From a virus: a stretch of DNA of 64,000 nucleotides. Where the stretch lies: positions 1 to 64,000 of IMG/VR virus record IMGVR_UViG_3300025141_000042, one strand, 5' to 3'. The position numbers and the translations under genes are program-made. Positions 48,749 to 58,661 of this stretch are shown here, piece by piece. Positions within the stretch are counted from its first letter, which is position 1. Each line of letters begins with the position of its first letter. The notes under the pieces are model-generated. The model did no database searches and was not told the DNA's origin. It worked only from the letters and a program-made list of their open reading frames with translations.

Positions 48749-49847
48749 CTAACCCTTCAGTAAAGTTCTCTTTGATGACCGGCACTTCTCCACGATTTGT
48801 GCCGGAGTTCCTATGACTCTTATTTCGTGGGGTCGCAATCCGGAGCGAATCGTGACGCGGGAAAAGGAATGACTTGCATTCAGTTCCGGCGGCAAGGCAC
48901 CCTCCTGCAAGAGAGACTCGGCACGTTCATCTCGGCGGACGCTAATGATCTGCTCGGGGTTGACGTAGACCTCTCCTAATTGGAGTTTGTACTCGCCGGC
49001 AAAAGTTTCCCAATTCACTTCAACTAATTCTACTAGCATGCTGCTCTCCTTCTGTGCTCTTCTCAAAGAGGTATATCGACTTTGAGAGCACAAGCCAAAC
49101 CTGTCCGCCGCAGACTATCCTAGAATAACCCTCCAGTTGTTTGCATTTATTCAGATAAATGGCCAACTCTGGTTTTGCGGTGAACATGTATTTGTCTATA
49201 TATCGCAAGGGTTCTTCTCCGCTTTCTATTTCGACGAGAAGAACCTCCGATGGGATATGTAGTAAGTCGCCTGCCCTCAAGCACCCTCCGGGTTATTGCT
49301 GGCACTGAGAAGTTCGTGGTACTGCGAAAGGATGCTAGCACAATCCTCCAGACGTTCGTTGATTAATCCCAGTTCTCTCTGTGCTCCTTGAAGGATTCCC
49401 ACAGTCTCTGCAATGTCTGCTGTATTGGATAATTTCTCCATCGCGAAACGCAACTTCGAGTTCTGGATTCCACCTAATTTTTGCCGCACGTTATCAATCA
49501 GCATCCTTACGTCTGCTGGAATCTCGCTAGCATCTGTTCTTATTGTTAGTTTTGCACTCATCTTAATCCTCTCTCTCTCACCCCAATGCAGCGGTGACTA
49601 TATATGAAACAACGCCAATCATGGCAGAAACGAGCATCCAAAGCAACTTGGTGGATGTGTTCTTCCACCCCTCAAGTTCCCTTATCCTCGCATAAAGACC
49701 CTCATCAGGATGATACACTGCTTCTCTGACCTTTGAGATATCGGCGGCCATGGATTCCTGCTTCTCACGGAGTTCGTCAATCTTCATGTCTAATACATCC
49801 AGTTTGCCATCGAGCATGCTCAAGCAAAGGTTTGTCTTATCTTCCAT
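48749..49847 (-). CDS. Small genes: 48749-49039 (FlbD-like VYVNPEQI), 49020-49280 (GDLL SH3-like), 49277-49561, 49578-49847 (coiled coil + C-terminal TM, holin-like)
   Basis: Overlapping ORFs; motifs read by eye. Confidence 0.6.
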
Positions 49848-49895
49848 GTGGTTTTCCTCCGCCGGTTACTTTGATTTGCCTGTATAAATAGTTCC

Positions 49896-51467
49896 TTACT
49901 CGTCAATTATCGCGTGACTTGTTGTGATAAGAGTACCGATTGCCGATACAGAATTCTGAAGTGCACACCGGGTTACTTTTACTGGATCGATGATGCCATT
50001 TTCCTTGAGATCTACAATCTCGCCTGTCGAAAAATTAAAACCTGTACCCTCTTCGGTAGACAATGCCTGGTCTAAGACAACATCTGGTTTCATTCCTGCG
50101 TTTCTGGCCATCTGCTTAATCGGTGCCTGGACGGCATCAGTAACGATCTTTACGCCAAGTTCTTGATCTCGGTTTTCAGCATCTATCTCCACTTCCTTCG
50201 ATGCCAAGAGGAGTGCCATGCCGCCGCCGGAGATCATTCCCTCCTGTTGTGCCGACTTGACTGCCTCAAGGGCATCTTCGATGCGATGCTTTTTCTCAAT
50301 CATCTCCACTTCCGTATTGCCGCCAACATTGATAATAGCAATGCCGCTGGCCAAGCGAGTGATACGTTCTTGGATCCTTTCACAGACCTGCATATTGTCA
50401 GTCTGCTCAAACTGAGACTTGAGAAGTTCAACACGCTCGGAGACCTGCTCTTCGCTTCCGTTACCTCCGACAACAGTTGTCAGTGTCTTAGTTGCCTCAA
50501 TTGATTTAGCATTACCCAAGTTAGTCAGTTTAACGTCTCTCAACTTCAAGCCCGAGGAGCGGGAAATGAATGTGGCGCCGACACTGATTGCTAAGTCTTC
50601 CAGGATGTTTCGTCTCTCCTCGCCATAGCGGGGGCCCTTGATAGCAGCAACTTTCATAGTTCCTCGTGCTGCGTTCATTATCATTGCCGCGAGTGCCTGA
50701 CCTTCTATCTCCTCGGCGACAACCACTAGTGGGCGACCATCTCTCGCGATCAGTTCTAGGACCGGTAAAATGTCTTCTACGAATTCTATCTTTTCATCGG
50801 TAACAAGGAATAGGGGATCGTTGTATTTCAGCACTCCCCTGCGCTCGTCGGTCACAAACGCGCCGGCAGCATAACCGTTATCGAAACGAAAACCTTCCAC
50901 GAGATCCAGACTTGTATCTAATGATTTGCCATCCTCAATTGTAATCGAACCATCTTTGCCGATCATATCGATTGCCGTAGAGATAAGTTTGCCGATGGTC
51001 CTGTCTCCGTTCGCTGAGATGGTAGCAATGTCCTCAATATCCGACAGTTTTGTTACCTTCTTTGAAATGTTGCGAAGATTGGAGACAATCACAGAGGTTG
51101 CCTTGTCAATGCCACGTTTCAGTTCGACAGGAGAGGCACCGGCAACGATGTGCTTCTGTGCCTCTAGAAAAATAGCACGAGCAATAACAATTGCAGTAGT
51201 GGTTCCATCGCCAGCACTATTGTTGGTCTCCTCGCTTGCTTGTTTGATTATTTGTGCGCCAACATTCTCAAACGGGTCGTCAAAGTCTACGAACCGTGCG
51301 ACAGTTACACCGTCTTTAGTGATAATTGGAGAACCACTCTTCGGGTGGAGAATCACATTCCTCCCTTTGGGGCCCATGGTGGCAGAAACATTGTCGGCCA
51401 ACTTGTTTATGCCATTTAAAATTTTCTGATTTAAACCTTTTTGCGTATCAAGGTATTGTTTCGACAT
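49896..51467 (-). CDS. groEL: Chaperonin GroEL (no GGM tail)
   Basis: TMGPKGRNV; ITKDGVTVA; AGDGTTTA; GGG; GIIDPVKVTR. Confidence 0.97.
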   Translation of the reverse strand: MSKQYLDTQKGLNQKILNGINKLADNVSATMGPKGRNVILHPKSGSPIITKDGVTVARFVDFDDPFENVGAQIIKQASEETNNSAGDGTTTAIVIARAIFLEAQKHIVAGASPVELKRGIDKATSVIVSNLRNISKKVTKLSDIEDIATISANGDRTIGKLISTAIDMIGKDGSITIEDGKSLDTSLDLVEGFRFDNGYAAGAFVTDERRGVLKYNDPLFLVTDEKIEFVEDILPVLELIARDGRPLVVVAEEIEGQALAAMIMNAARGTMKVAAIKGPRYGEERRNILEDLAISVGATFISRSSGLKLRDVKLTNLGNAKSIEATKTLTTVVGGNGSEEQVSERVELLKSQFEQTDNMQVCERIQERITRLASGIAIINVGGNTEVEMIEKKHRIEDALEAVKSAQQEGMISGGGMALLLASKEVEIDAENRDQELGVKIVTDAVQAPIKQMARNAGMKPDVVLDQALSTEEGTGFNFSTGEIVDLKENGIIDPVKVTRCALQNSVSAIGTLITTSHAIIDE

Positions 51468-51504
51468 TATTCCTCCGATCAGTTAAGTGATCATCTTTTT
51501 GGTT

Positions 51505-51533
51505 ATTATACAGATAAAAAACATCTTTGTCAA
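51505..51533 (-). promoter_or_regulatory. Perfect sigma70 promoter for groEL
   Basis: TTGACA-17-TATAAT. Confidence 0.85.
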
Positions 51534-51536
51534 GGA

Positions 51537-52973
51537 TTAATTTTCCCGATCAGTTTTGTTGTTCGGATCCGTGCCGGCGAGGGATACAACTTTCGCGGTC
51601 TTATCTGGCAACTCGTTGGCCTTCTCAGTCGCTGCGATGCCGACTGCTGCCCTGTTGGAGGCTATTGTAGTTAAGTAAGTCTGGACAGTTTCGGTAAATG
51701 TGGCCAAACTGTTGAACATATCAATTATCGCTTCGTCAATCTGCCCTACGGCTACTTCAATAGTCTTTGCAATGTCTGCATCTGAAAAGTTCAACACAAT
51801 TGGTGGTTCAAGATTTCCCTCTGCCAGCGCGAACTTCATCCACTCAGACTGGGTGAGACTAAAATCTGTGTGTATTTTTTCGGTTTTTGGATCGTGTCCG
51901 GTCAAATTACGCTTTTTAAACTTGGCATTATAAAGTTTTCCCATCTGTCCTATTAGTTTCAGAAATCTTTGGCGTTCATCAGAAGGCATTTCTTCTGCAC
52001 GTGCTCTGGGATTGGTTTTGGCGTTGGCACCAACAACCTTTCCTAGAAGGGGACCAAGATCATCGACATCAAGCAAATTACGCAACCCTTCTTCGTCAAT
52101 ATCAAGAATTTCGCCCGTCTGCGCCATCTGTGATATCACATCAAGAACTTCTGTTCCTGTTAGTTTGTCACCCTGACCTTCTTGTACTGCATTGGTAGCC
52201 AAAAATGTTTTACGATATTGGGGTTTCAAAACAACCTTGGCAGGATCTTCTGGATCGGGATCAAAGAGATCTTTGTTAAGAAACTCGTTTATATTTGTTG
52301 CATCAACAGTGAACCTGTAGAATGCCAGAGAACCAACCTGACCCGAACTACCCGCTGGTTTTTTGATAAATATATCAAAATAAACCCTTTTAGTTGGGCT
52401 ATTGTTTAGAGATGCATAGAGGTTCTTGATACTACCATCAACCGCTGCCTTGCCGTCGATTTTCGTTTTAATCGAAATAGGCGTCCCATCAACATCTATG
52501 ACGTCGCCAATCTGAAGTTCTTTGTTCGCTAGGCCAGCTTCTTCTTGGGCCGAGCGATAAAAGGCACTTATAAGCCCTTCATTAACAAAACCTGCCGGAG
52601 ATGCCTGAAAGCTCTTAAACAACCTATTGAAAGTCTCTAACAAGATAATCTGAGATAGAATTCTCCTTGGGTTCTTGATCTTTCCGAGAGTGCCCTCCCT
52701 TAGTTTAGTCATTTGCTGCTCGATGATTTTCAAGCGGTCCTGTACAGAATCCTTGCCAGCAGTTGCGGTCCTAACGATGCGATCAAGTTCTGCGCGCTCC
52801 ACCGTATCTAACTTGCCCCAGTTCTCTGACATCTGCAACTTAAAGAGTTCTAGCACCTTGCCTTGTTCTGCCTTCAACCTGCTCTCTTCGTTCAGAGGTG
52901 CTACTTCTTTTTTCCCAGCAAACAGGGTATCTATTTCTAGTTCAACAAACCTCAACAATTCCTTTGCGCTCAT
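51537..52973 (-). CDS. Hypothetical protein, possible PD-(D/E)xK-like core
   Basis: AGFVNEGLI..IGDVI..PISIK; N-terminal ..PLNE. Confidence 0.6.
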   Translation of the reverse strand: MSAKELLRFVELEIDTLFAGKKEVAPLNEESRLKAEQGKVLELFKLQMSENWGKLDTVERAELDRIVRTATAGKDSVQDRLKIIEQQMTKLREGTLGKIKNPRRILSQIILLETFNRLFKSFQASPAGFVNEGLISAFYRSAQEEAGLANKELQIGDVIDVDGTPISIKTKIDGKAAVDGSIKNLYASLNNSPTKRVYFDIFIKKPAGSSGQVGSLAFYRFTVDATNINEFLNKDLFDPDPEDPAKVVLKPQYRKTFLATNAVQEGQGDKLTGTEVLDVISQMAQTGEILDIDEEGLRNLLDVDDLGPLLGKVVGANAKTNPRARAEEMPSDERQRFLKLIGQMGKLYNAKFKKRNLTGHDPKTEKIHTDFSLTQSEWMKFALAEGNLEPPIVLNFSDADIAKTIEVAVGQIDEAIIDMFNSLATFTETVQTYLTTIASNRAAVGIAATEKANELPDKTAKVVSLAGTDPNNKTDREN

Positions 52974-53075
52974 CTGGTCATTTCCTTCTCCCGAAATAGG
53001 ATTTAATTATTAACTATTGTAACATAATTAAGTAGGTATTGTAATATAAATAGGCAATACAAATCGCAAAACAGC

Positions 53076-53111
53076 AAAAACCACTCACTAGAGGGCATGC
53101 GAGTGGTTTTT
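53076..53111. terminator. Bidirectional terminator-like hairpin
   Basis: AAAAACCACTC-14-GAGTGGTTTTT. Confidence 0.7.
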
Positions 53112-53165
53112 ACTTACTGATTGTTACTGTCCAATAAAATTATTTATTAATATATTGTTATTTTA

Positions 53166-53783
53166 TTACTTATTTTCGGCAGCGAGTCGCTCTTTGACAC
53201 GTTTGGTCACTTCAGCAACAACGCTATCCAAATCCAAATTCGATTCTTGGTAGACTTCGCCTTCGCCTTCGACCGGTGCGTCAGCGATTTCCATTTCGGC
53301 ATCTGCATCCAAATCCGCTGGCATCTCATCGTCGGCAGGTGCTTCTGCTTCGGCCGAGTCCATGGACACTTCTACTCCCAAAACAGCGGCAACTGCGTTA
53401 ACTACGTCTTTCAGCAGTCCTTCTTTGTCGCCTAAGTCTGCATCGTCTGCCATCGCATCCATCGCATCGTCTGCTGGAGGTTCGTCTGCTGGAGGTTCGT
53501 CTGCTGGAGGTTCGTCTGCCATTGGGTCGTCTTCCATTTCCTCTTTTGTGATCTCTTCTTTGGCAATTTCCTCGCTTACTTCTTCGTCAGTGACTTCATT
53601 AACCTCTTCTTTGGCGGACCCTTCGGTCACCTCGTCGGTCACTTCTTCGTCAACAACTTTGTTAACCTCTTCCAATTCTTCTTTATATAAGTCTGTAACA
53701 AACTCTTCTGCCAATGGTTTTAGATTTGCCAATCGCATGAACTGGCGGACGGAACCTTCTTCAAGTAAAGCTTTCTTTGACAT
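53166..53783 (-). CDS. Highly acidic low-complexity protein (prohead core/scaffold-like)
   Basis: LLEE..RQFMRLANL; many xxE units; (DEPPA)3 repeat; C-terminal VAEVTKRVKERL. Confidence 0.6.
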   Translation of the reverse strand: MSKKALLEEGSVRQFMRLANLKPLAEEFVTDLYKEELEEVNKVVDEEVTDEVTEGSAKEEVNEVTDEEVSEEIAKEEITKEEMEDDPMADEPPADEPPADEPPADDAMDAMADDADLGDKEGLLKDVVNAVAAVLGVEVSMDSAEAEAPADDEMPADLDADAEMEIADAPVEGEGEVYQESNLDLDSVVAEVTKRVKERLAAENK

Positions 53784-53880
53784 AATTCACTCTCTCCCTC
53801 TTTTTTTTATTGCCGCTATGGTTTGCGACAAAGAAATTAAATCACTTATAAGTAGTATTTAAAAACGCAAAAAACCCCTC

Positions 53881-54120
53881 TCACTGAGTTATACCGCGTA
53901 TTCTTTTAGAAAGTTTTATCAAGGATGTATCTTGGATCTGTTTCACCCTGACATAACTTATTTTCAATCTTTCTGCAACTTCGTGCAGTGTCATATCTCC
54001 GTTCTTTTCTATCGAGATTAGTGCACAGTTCTGTTCTTCTCCATGTTCTATCCACATCCTGCAATCAGTCTTCGTGCATTCCTCGTTTTTGGCCATACAC
54101 TCTTTCGCGCACTTTCTCAT
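53881..54120 (-). CDS. Stand-alone sigma70 region-4 HTH protein with Cys-rich N-terminus
   Basis: MTLHEVAERLKISYVRVKQIQDTSLIKL; CxxxC-x6-C-x3-C..C. Confidence 0.75.
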   Translation of the reverse strand: MRKCAKECMAKNEECTKTDCRMWIEHGEEQNCALISIEKNGDMTLHEVAERLKISYVRVKQIQDTSLIKLSKRIRGITQ

Positions 54121-54419
54121 AAATCCATTTCCTCTTCAAACATATCAAAGATGTCTTCTATTTCGCTATCTGGCAATCTAAATCTCCTACCAGTGGCATC
54201 AGAAAGGGTTCTCTCTTTATCGAGGATATTTTGTTTCCCCTTTACATGGAGATCCTTTCTCTTCTTAAATTCCACTATGTATTCGATAAACGCGGGATCG
54301 TCCTCCAAGAAGGATGCAACAACTCCTCTGAAAAATTGCCTTTTAGTGATGCCCTCGTGCTTCAACTTTATAAGCAGTTTGGCATAGGTCGTGTCTTCAT
54401 CTTCGAAACCTATTATCAT
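54117..54419 (-). CDS. Hypothetical protein
   Basis: ATGA-coupled on both sides. Confidence 0.7.
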   Translation of the reverse strand: MIIGFEDEDTTYAKLLIKLKHEGITKRQFFRGVVASFLEDDPAFIEYIVEFKKRKDLHVKGKQNILDKERTLSDATGRRFRLPDSEIEDIFDMFEEEMDL

Positions 54420-55084
54420 TTGATGTCGCTGTTTGGGGCACCGAGGATATCGTCTACCAGTCCATATTTCAAGCATGTTTTCGCGTCAAACCACAAATCG
54501 TGCTTAAGAATATCTGACAACTGCTTCTTCGGAATCTTGGCATGCCTCTCGTATATGAGTTTTATTCTCCCCATGAGTGTGTCACTGTTTTTCATATCGT
54601 CCTTCAGTTCCTCATACTTTCCCCACATACCAGATGAAAGTTGGTGGATAAGCATATAGGAATTCTCTCTGATATATCTCTCTGTGGCGACCACGCTCAT
54701 CATGGTAGCAGCAGATGCTGCACACCCCTCAACGATAGAGTGGACCGGCGCAGGTACCGAGATAATAGTATCGACCGTAGACAGACCAGCAAAGACACTT
54801 CCACCGTAAGAGTTGATATGAAGTTTAACGGGCGGAGGCGAGATTCCATAACTCTGAGAAGTGGTTACCATCGAATTGGCAATCTCCTGAATATTCTTAT
54901 TTAAGGAAAGACACTCAGTTCTTGTTACCTCCGAATAGAAGTAGATCCTATTCGATGAAGTTGTGACTTGGTTCTCGGTACCCTCATCAGTGCCCGAGGG
55001 CGTAGATGGCGCGGTGGCATGGGTAATATCTTTCCCCCAGTGGGCGAGGGCGCCGGCATTATATTTCAACATAAAATTACTCAC
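54416..55084 (-). CDS. clpP: ClpP-family protease
   Basis: INSYGGSV; CAASAA (Ser); MLIHQ (His); HDLWF..CLKYGLVDDI. Confidence 0.92.
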   Translation of the reverse strand: MSNFMLKYNAGALAHWGKDITHATAPSTPSGTDEGTENQVTTSSNRIYFYSEVTRTECLSLNKNIQEIANSMVTTSQSYGISPPPVKLHINSYGGSVFAGLSTVDTIISVPAPVHSIVEGCAASAATMMSVVATERYIRENSYMLIHQLSSGMWGKYEELKDDMKNSDTLMGRIKLIYERHAKIPKKQLSDILKHDLWFDAKTCLKYGLVDDILGAPNSDIK

Positions 55085-55338
55085 TTTTCCTCCATGGTGC
55101 TCTCAACGACTGAGATTGCAGTATCCCAACAGTTTGGACAATAAAGTCTTACAAGGCCTTCGTCGTTTCGAACGACGACTCTCCAGGACTTTACCATCTC
55201 TTTATCTTTCTTATCGAAGTCTTCCAAACAAGCACTACACTCGTCAGGGAGACGATCAAACATATTCATTTTTTTCTGTAAATCTTTTTTTGCTCTTTTA
55301 GCGCTGGAAGAAATAGTCTTTTTTATTTTCTTCGGCAT
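55081..55338 (-). CDS. Small zinc-finger protein
   Basis: CSAC..CPNC. Confidence 0.7.
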   Translation of the reverse strand: MPKKIKKTISSSAKRAKKDLQKKMNMFDRLPDECSACLEDFDKKDKEMVKSWRVVVRNDEGLVRLYCPNCWDTAISVVESTMEEK

Positions 55339-55936
55339 AATTCAAATCCATCAATCTAAGGGTTTCGTTAACGTGCTTAATGAAAGTAGTGTGTTCTTTT
55401 TCCCACCCCTTGTACTTCGGTCCTTCGTGGTCCGGATCTCCGTGCTGACCTGGGTTTGCTGCTCGGATGCTGGCATGGACCAACTCGTGCACGAAAGAAG
55501 TATCATAAATTTTTGTTGTAAATGCTCTTCTCACAATTATATAATCTTTCGACCTGGTGAGTCCGGAGGCCACGCCACTTTCAATAAAAGTCCCATCAAC
55601 CGAGTACCCTCTCTCAAATGGCATCAAGTCTTCTCTCCACTCAATCATGATGTTGTTCAGGTTCTCGTAAGCGGCATCTGCGCGGTCGCCAAATGTCTCG
55701 TACCAAGATACATAGAAAACCTGAAGGGCCACGGATACTTCTCCTGGGTCTGGGAAATTGCATTGTTCCTGTTTCTGATAGGCATATTTCCACCCAGGTA
55801 TTCTCGTCAGTTCGTTCTTAGAGACGCAATCATGCTGGTCTTCCTGAGATGCTGGAAGGCGAACGGTGAGGCATCCGAAGGCAACAGAGATGCCAAGCAC
55901 GATACAAACCACAGGAACGAATAACCTCCAAAACAT
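55298..55936 (-). CDS. Exported HExxH metallopeptidase-like protein
   Basis: Hydrophobic signal ..VAFG-C; FVHELVH..DPDH. Confidence 0.7.
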   Translation of the reverse strand: MFWRLFVPVVCIVLGISVAFGCLTVRLPASQEDQHDCVSKNELTRIPGWKYAYQKQEQCNFPDPGEVSVALQVFYVSWYETFGDRADAAYENLNNIMIEWREDLMPFERGYSVDGTFIESGVASGLTRSKDYIIVRRAFTTKIYDTSFVHELVHASIRAANPGQHGDPDHEGPKYKGWEKEHTTFIKHVNETLRLMDLNYAEENKKDYFFQR

Positions 55937-55954
55937 CAAAAATAACTAGTGGTG

Positions 55955-56434
55955 CTATCTCTCTATTGACGAAATCAGAGGGTTTTCGCCCATTGAGTTC
56001 CACCCAAAGATGATTACTGCGGACGGAAACGGTGCTCCGGCCTTTGCAGCACCAAATTTTAATCTGCCCTTCACAAAGAAGATCTGCGATGCTCTCATAC
56101 AATATTCGTGCCAATATGATGTATCGGTTCGAGCAGGGATGAGCATCACAACAGTGGTCTTATCCTTGCGGGATTCCTCATACCCTTTCTTTATCCACTT
56201 CTTTATATCCCTGCCATAAGGAGGGTTAACGAAGACCGTTTTGCATGGGCCCCAGTTCTTAGAAAGTCCATCATCTTCCTCCGTGTAGAAGGTTTTACAT
56301 TTGGTTGTCTCGGCTGTGGCACATGGATCCAAATCAAAGTTGAAGTCTCTATCCAACTTGTCAAAGAAATCCTGGGGTGTTTCCCAACTCATCTCTTTAC
56401 TGCTAAACATTAATTTCTTTGTGTGGTTGTTCAT
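55955..56434 (-). CDS. Phage-type DNA N6-adenine methyltransferase
   Basis: WETPQ..FDLDPCA..DGL..NPPY..PARTDT..W..GRLKF. Confidence 0.92.
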   Translation of the reverse strand: MNNHTKKLMFSSKEMSWETPQDFFDKLDRDFNFDLDPCATAETTKCKTFYTEEDDGLSKNWGPCKTVFVNPPYGRDIKKWIKKGYEESRKDKTTVVMLIPARTDTSYWHEYCMRASQIFFVKGRLKFGAAKAGAPFPSAVIIFGWNSMGENPLISSIER

Positions 56435-56682
56435 TCTTGTTTTTCCTTGTTTGCCCTATGGCCCACAAACACTGCCCAAGAAAAGGCAGCGATGGCGAAC
56501 CACGGCAGAAGAGTCTCGATTGTCGCGAGCAGAGATTCCATTACCCAATCACTCGCCAGCATCATCAAACTCGGCACACATCTCTTCGCAACCCATCGGG
56601 GTAGTGAGGAGAGTCGCAACAACAAATCCAGTTATCGAAAGCATAGTGATGAAAAAGACCATGGTAAAATATCTTCTGTAAT

Positions 56683-57219
56683 TCACGGACTCCACTCCCC
56701 TTCGAAGTCAAAGCACATATCAGCATAACGCGGAAGCGATGCCTTCAGATCCTTGGGCGACTTCTTGTCGGTACTTCCCAGTGCGCCGTCTTTACGATCA
56801 CTCATAGCAATGGGGTAGTATCCGTAGAGATCATCCTCATTCTTCTCGAATGCCTTGAAATGAACCACAGGGAACAAAATAACCTGGGCAATCTTATCGC
56901 CGGGATTGATAGTCTGATTTTCGGACCCTACATTGTGGAGGTTTACAAACACTTCGCCATCGTAACCTGGATCGATTACGCATGCCCCAACAAGTAAACT
57001 CTTCTTTGATGCATTGCCTGAACGATTCTTTACCTCCAGGCAGTATCCGTGTGGTACGCCAAACTTATAGCCCGTCTGGAAGAGGCGACTCTGGCGTGGG
57101 GCAATGAGGATCGGTTCATTATCGGCAGGGTTGAAATACATGTCCAATCCTGCGTCGCTTGGGTTTGACCGCGTGGGCGGAACAACATTCTTTCTAACTC
57201 TTGTAAATTCTAGAATCAT
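56683..57219 (-). CDS. dut: dUTPase (trimeric)
   Basis: DAGLD; RSG; VIDPGYDGE; GDKIAQ; RKDGALGST. Confidence 0.95.
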   Translation of the reverse strand: MILEFTRVRKNVVPPTRSNPSDAGLDMYFNPADNEPILIAPRQSRLFQTGYKFGVPHGYCLEVKNRSGNASKKSLLVGACVIDPGYDGEVFVNLHNVGSENQTINPGDKIAQVILFPVVHFKAFEKNEDDLYGYYPIAMSDRKDGALGSTDKKSPKDLKASLPRYADMCFDFEGEWSP

Positions 57220-57220
57220 A

Positions 57221-57394
57221 TTATCCTCTCGATGAGTAAAATGGAATCTGCTTGGGAACGATGCTTACTCTATCCCCCTTAATGTCCACCTTAAATTCAG
57301 TTTCGCTATATGACCTCAAATCGCCGTCACAATCAATGACTGTGAAATCATCTTCTCTTCCGTTAGGATCTCTTACTAGTTCCATTTTAATCAT
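57221..57394 (-). CDS. Small hypothetical protein
   Basis: SD GAGG. Confidence 0.55.
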   Translation of the reverse strand: MIKMELVRDPNGREDDFTVIDCDGDLRSYSETEFKVDIKGDRVSIVPKQIPFYSSRG

Positions 57395-57404
57395 CCTCTC
57401 TCTC

Positions 57405-57572
57405 CTATTGATCAATATGAATTAACATATCTGGAAATGCAACATTTTGCGTATCGACGCAACCGGCATCGCCTGCGTCACTAGTACCACCGTCTAGGTC
57501 GGCACATCTCATTCTACCATCTTCAATACATCCTGTCAAGGATAAAAGAACTGCAACTATAACTTTTTTCAT
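57405..57572 (-). CDS. Small lipoprotein (55 aa, not in ORF track)
   Basis: MKKVIVAVLLSLTG-C lipobox; DGGTSDAGDAG; ATGA overlap and SD GAGGAG. Confidence 0.7.
   Translation of the reverse strand: MKKVIVAVLLSLTGCIEDGRMRCADLDGGTSDAGDAGCVDTQNVAFPDMLIHIDQ
57511..57539 (-). promoter_or_regulatory. sigma70-type promoter embedded in the lipoprotein gene
   Basis: TTGACA-17-TAGAAT with TG extension. Confidence 0.55.
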
Positions 57573-58594
57573 AACTTACTCTCCTCATTTGTTTGTTTGT
57601 TGATTCCCTCAAAAATATGTGATATAACATCGACTGTCCATCCGTTGCCGGTCATCTTGTATCTCATGCCGCTGGTTATTCCCTCTACCTCTGTGTAGTT
57701 GTCTGGGATGGTCTGCAATCTCTCTGCTTCTAGGGGGTTTACTTTTCTTATATCTTTCCCGTCAAAAACATGGGGGTGAGATGACACAGTTATAATTTCA
57801 GACTTATGTCTTCCTTCGCCTATGCGGCCTATTCTCTGAATCTTAAGTTTGTCAGGGCGCATAACCAGAATTCGACCCTGCGTGTCTCTGCGCCAGCAGA
57901 AGCTTTTCTTGGGATCGGGCGAGTGGCGATATTTAGATGATTCCAAGAGAGGGATCAACTTTTGCAACACCCTCTGATCGGACATTACCTCTTCGCCATA
58001 ATAGGGTTCCATAATGTCTCTAAGGAGTACGCCCCCTCTGTCTGTGTCGATCCCTTCTTTATCGAAGGGGATATTTGTCCAGTACAGTCTCTGCCTGCTT
58101 TGGGCTGAGAAGTTTTTACTGTCTATCTTCTGAGGTTCTACACCAAGTTGATCGGAGATTATATCCTGGAACTCTTTCTTCATCTTGACATTCTCAAAGA
58201 GGAAATACTTTGGTTCTGTTTCCTTCAGGAGTCTTACGAACTCAAAGAACAATTTACTTCGCGGATCATCCAAGTTAAGTCGCGGGGGGAGCTGCGGGAG
58301 TTTCTCCGCCTCAGAGTCCTCCGAGTTCTTCTTCGAGTTTGTCTGTGCTTTGTTGGCAGAGAAACTGAAACCTTGACATGGACTTCCGCCCATGAGCAAA
58401 TCAATCTGGGGAAGTTCCGAACCCTTGACTTCGAGAACATCGCCGATGTGAATCGTATCGGGGAAATTATGCCGCGTTACCTTTTCTGCGTTCTTATCAA
58501 TTTCACTAGCAAAGTATTTATCTACCCTTATCCCTGCTCTGTTTAAAGCAATTTGACCGCAACTTATGCCATCAAACAAACTAAGTACATTCAT
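57569..58594 (-). CDS. DNA C5-cytosine methyltransferase
   Basis: LSLFDGI; GGSPCQGFS; FENV; QSRQRLY; EAERLQ; GNGW. Confidence 0.95.
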   Translation of the reverse strand: MNVLSLFDGISCGQIALNRAGIRVDKYFASEIDKNAEKVTRHNFPDTIHIGDVLEVKGSELPQIDLLMGGSPCQGFSFSANKAQTNSKKNSEDSEAEKLPQLPPRLNLDDPRSKLFFEFVRLLKETEPKYFLFENVKMKKEFQDIISDQLGVEPQKIDSKNFSAQSRQRLYWTNIPFDKEGIDTDRGGVLLRDIMEPYYGEEVMSDQRVLQKLIPLLESSKYRHSPDPKKSFCWRRDTQGRILVMRPDKLKIQRIGRIGEGRHKSEIITVSSHPHVFDGKDIRKVNPLEAERLQTIPDNYTEVEGITSGMRYKMTGNGWTVDVISHIFEGINKQTNEESKL

Positions 58595-58621
58595 CTAACC
58601 TTCTCCTTTATGGTGAGATAT

Positions 58622-58649
58622 ATTCTAACACAATAAAAATCTATGTCAA
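58622..58649 (-). promoter_or_regulatory. sigma70-type promoter
   Basis: TTGACA-16-TAGAAT with TG extension. Confidence 0.7.
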
Positions 58650-58661
58650 GTATAAAGTGGA

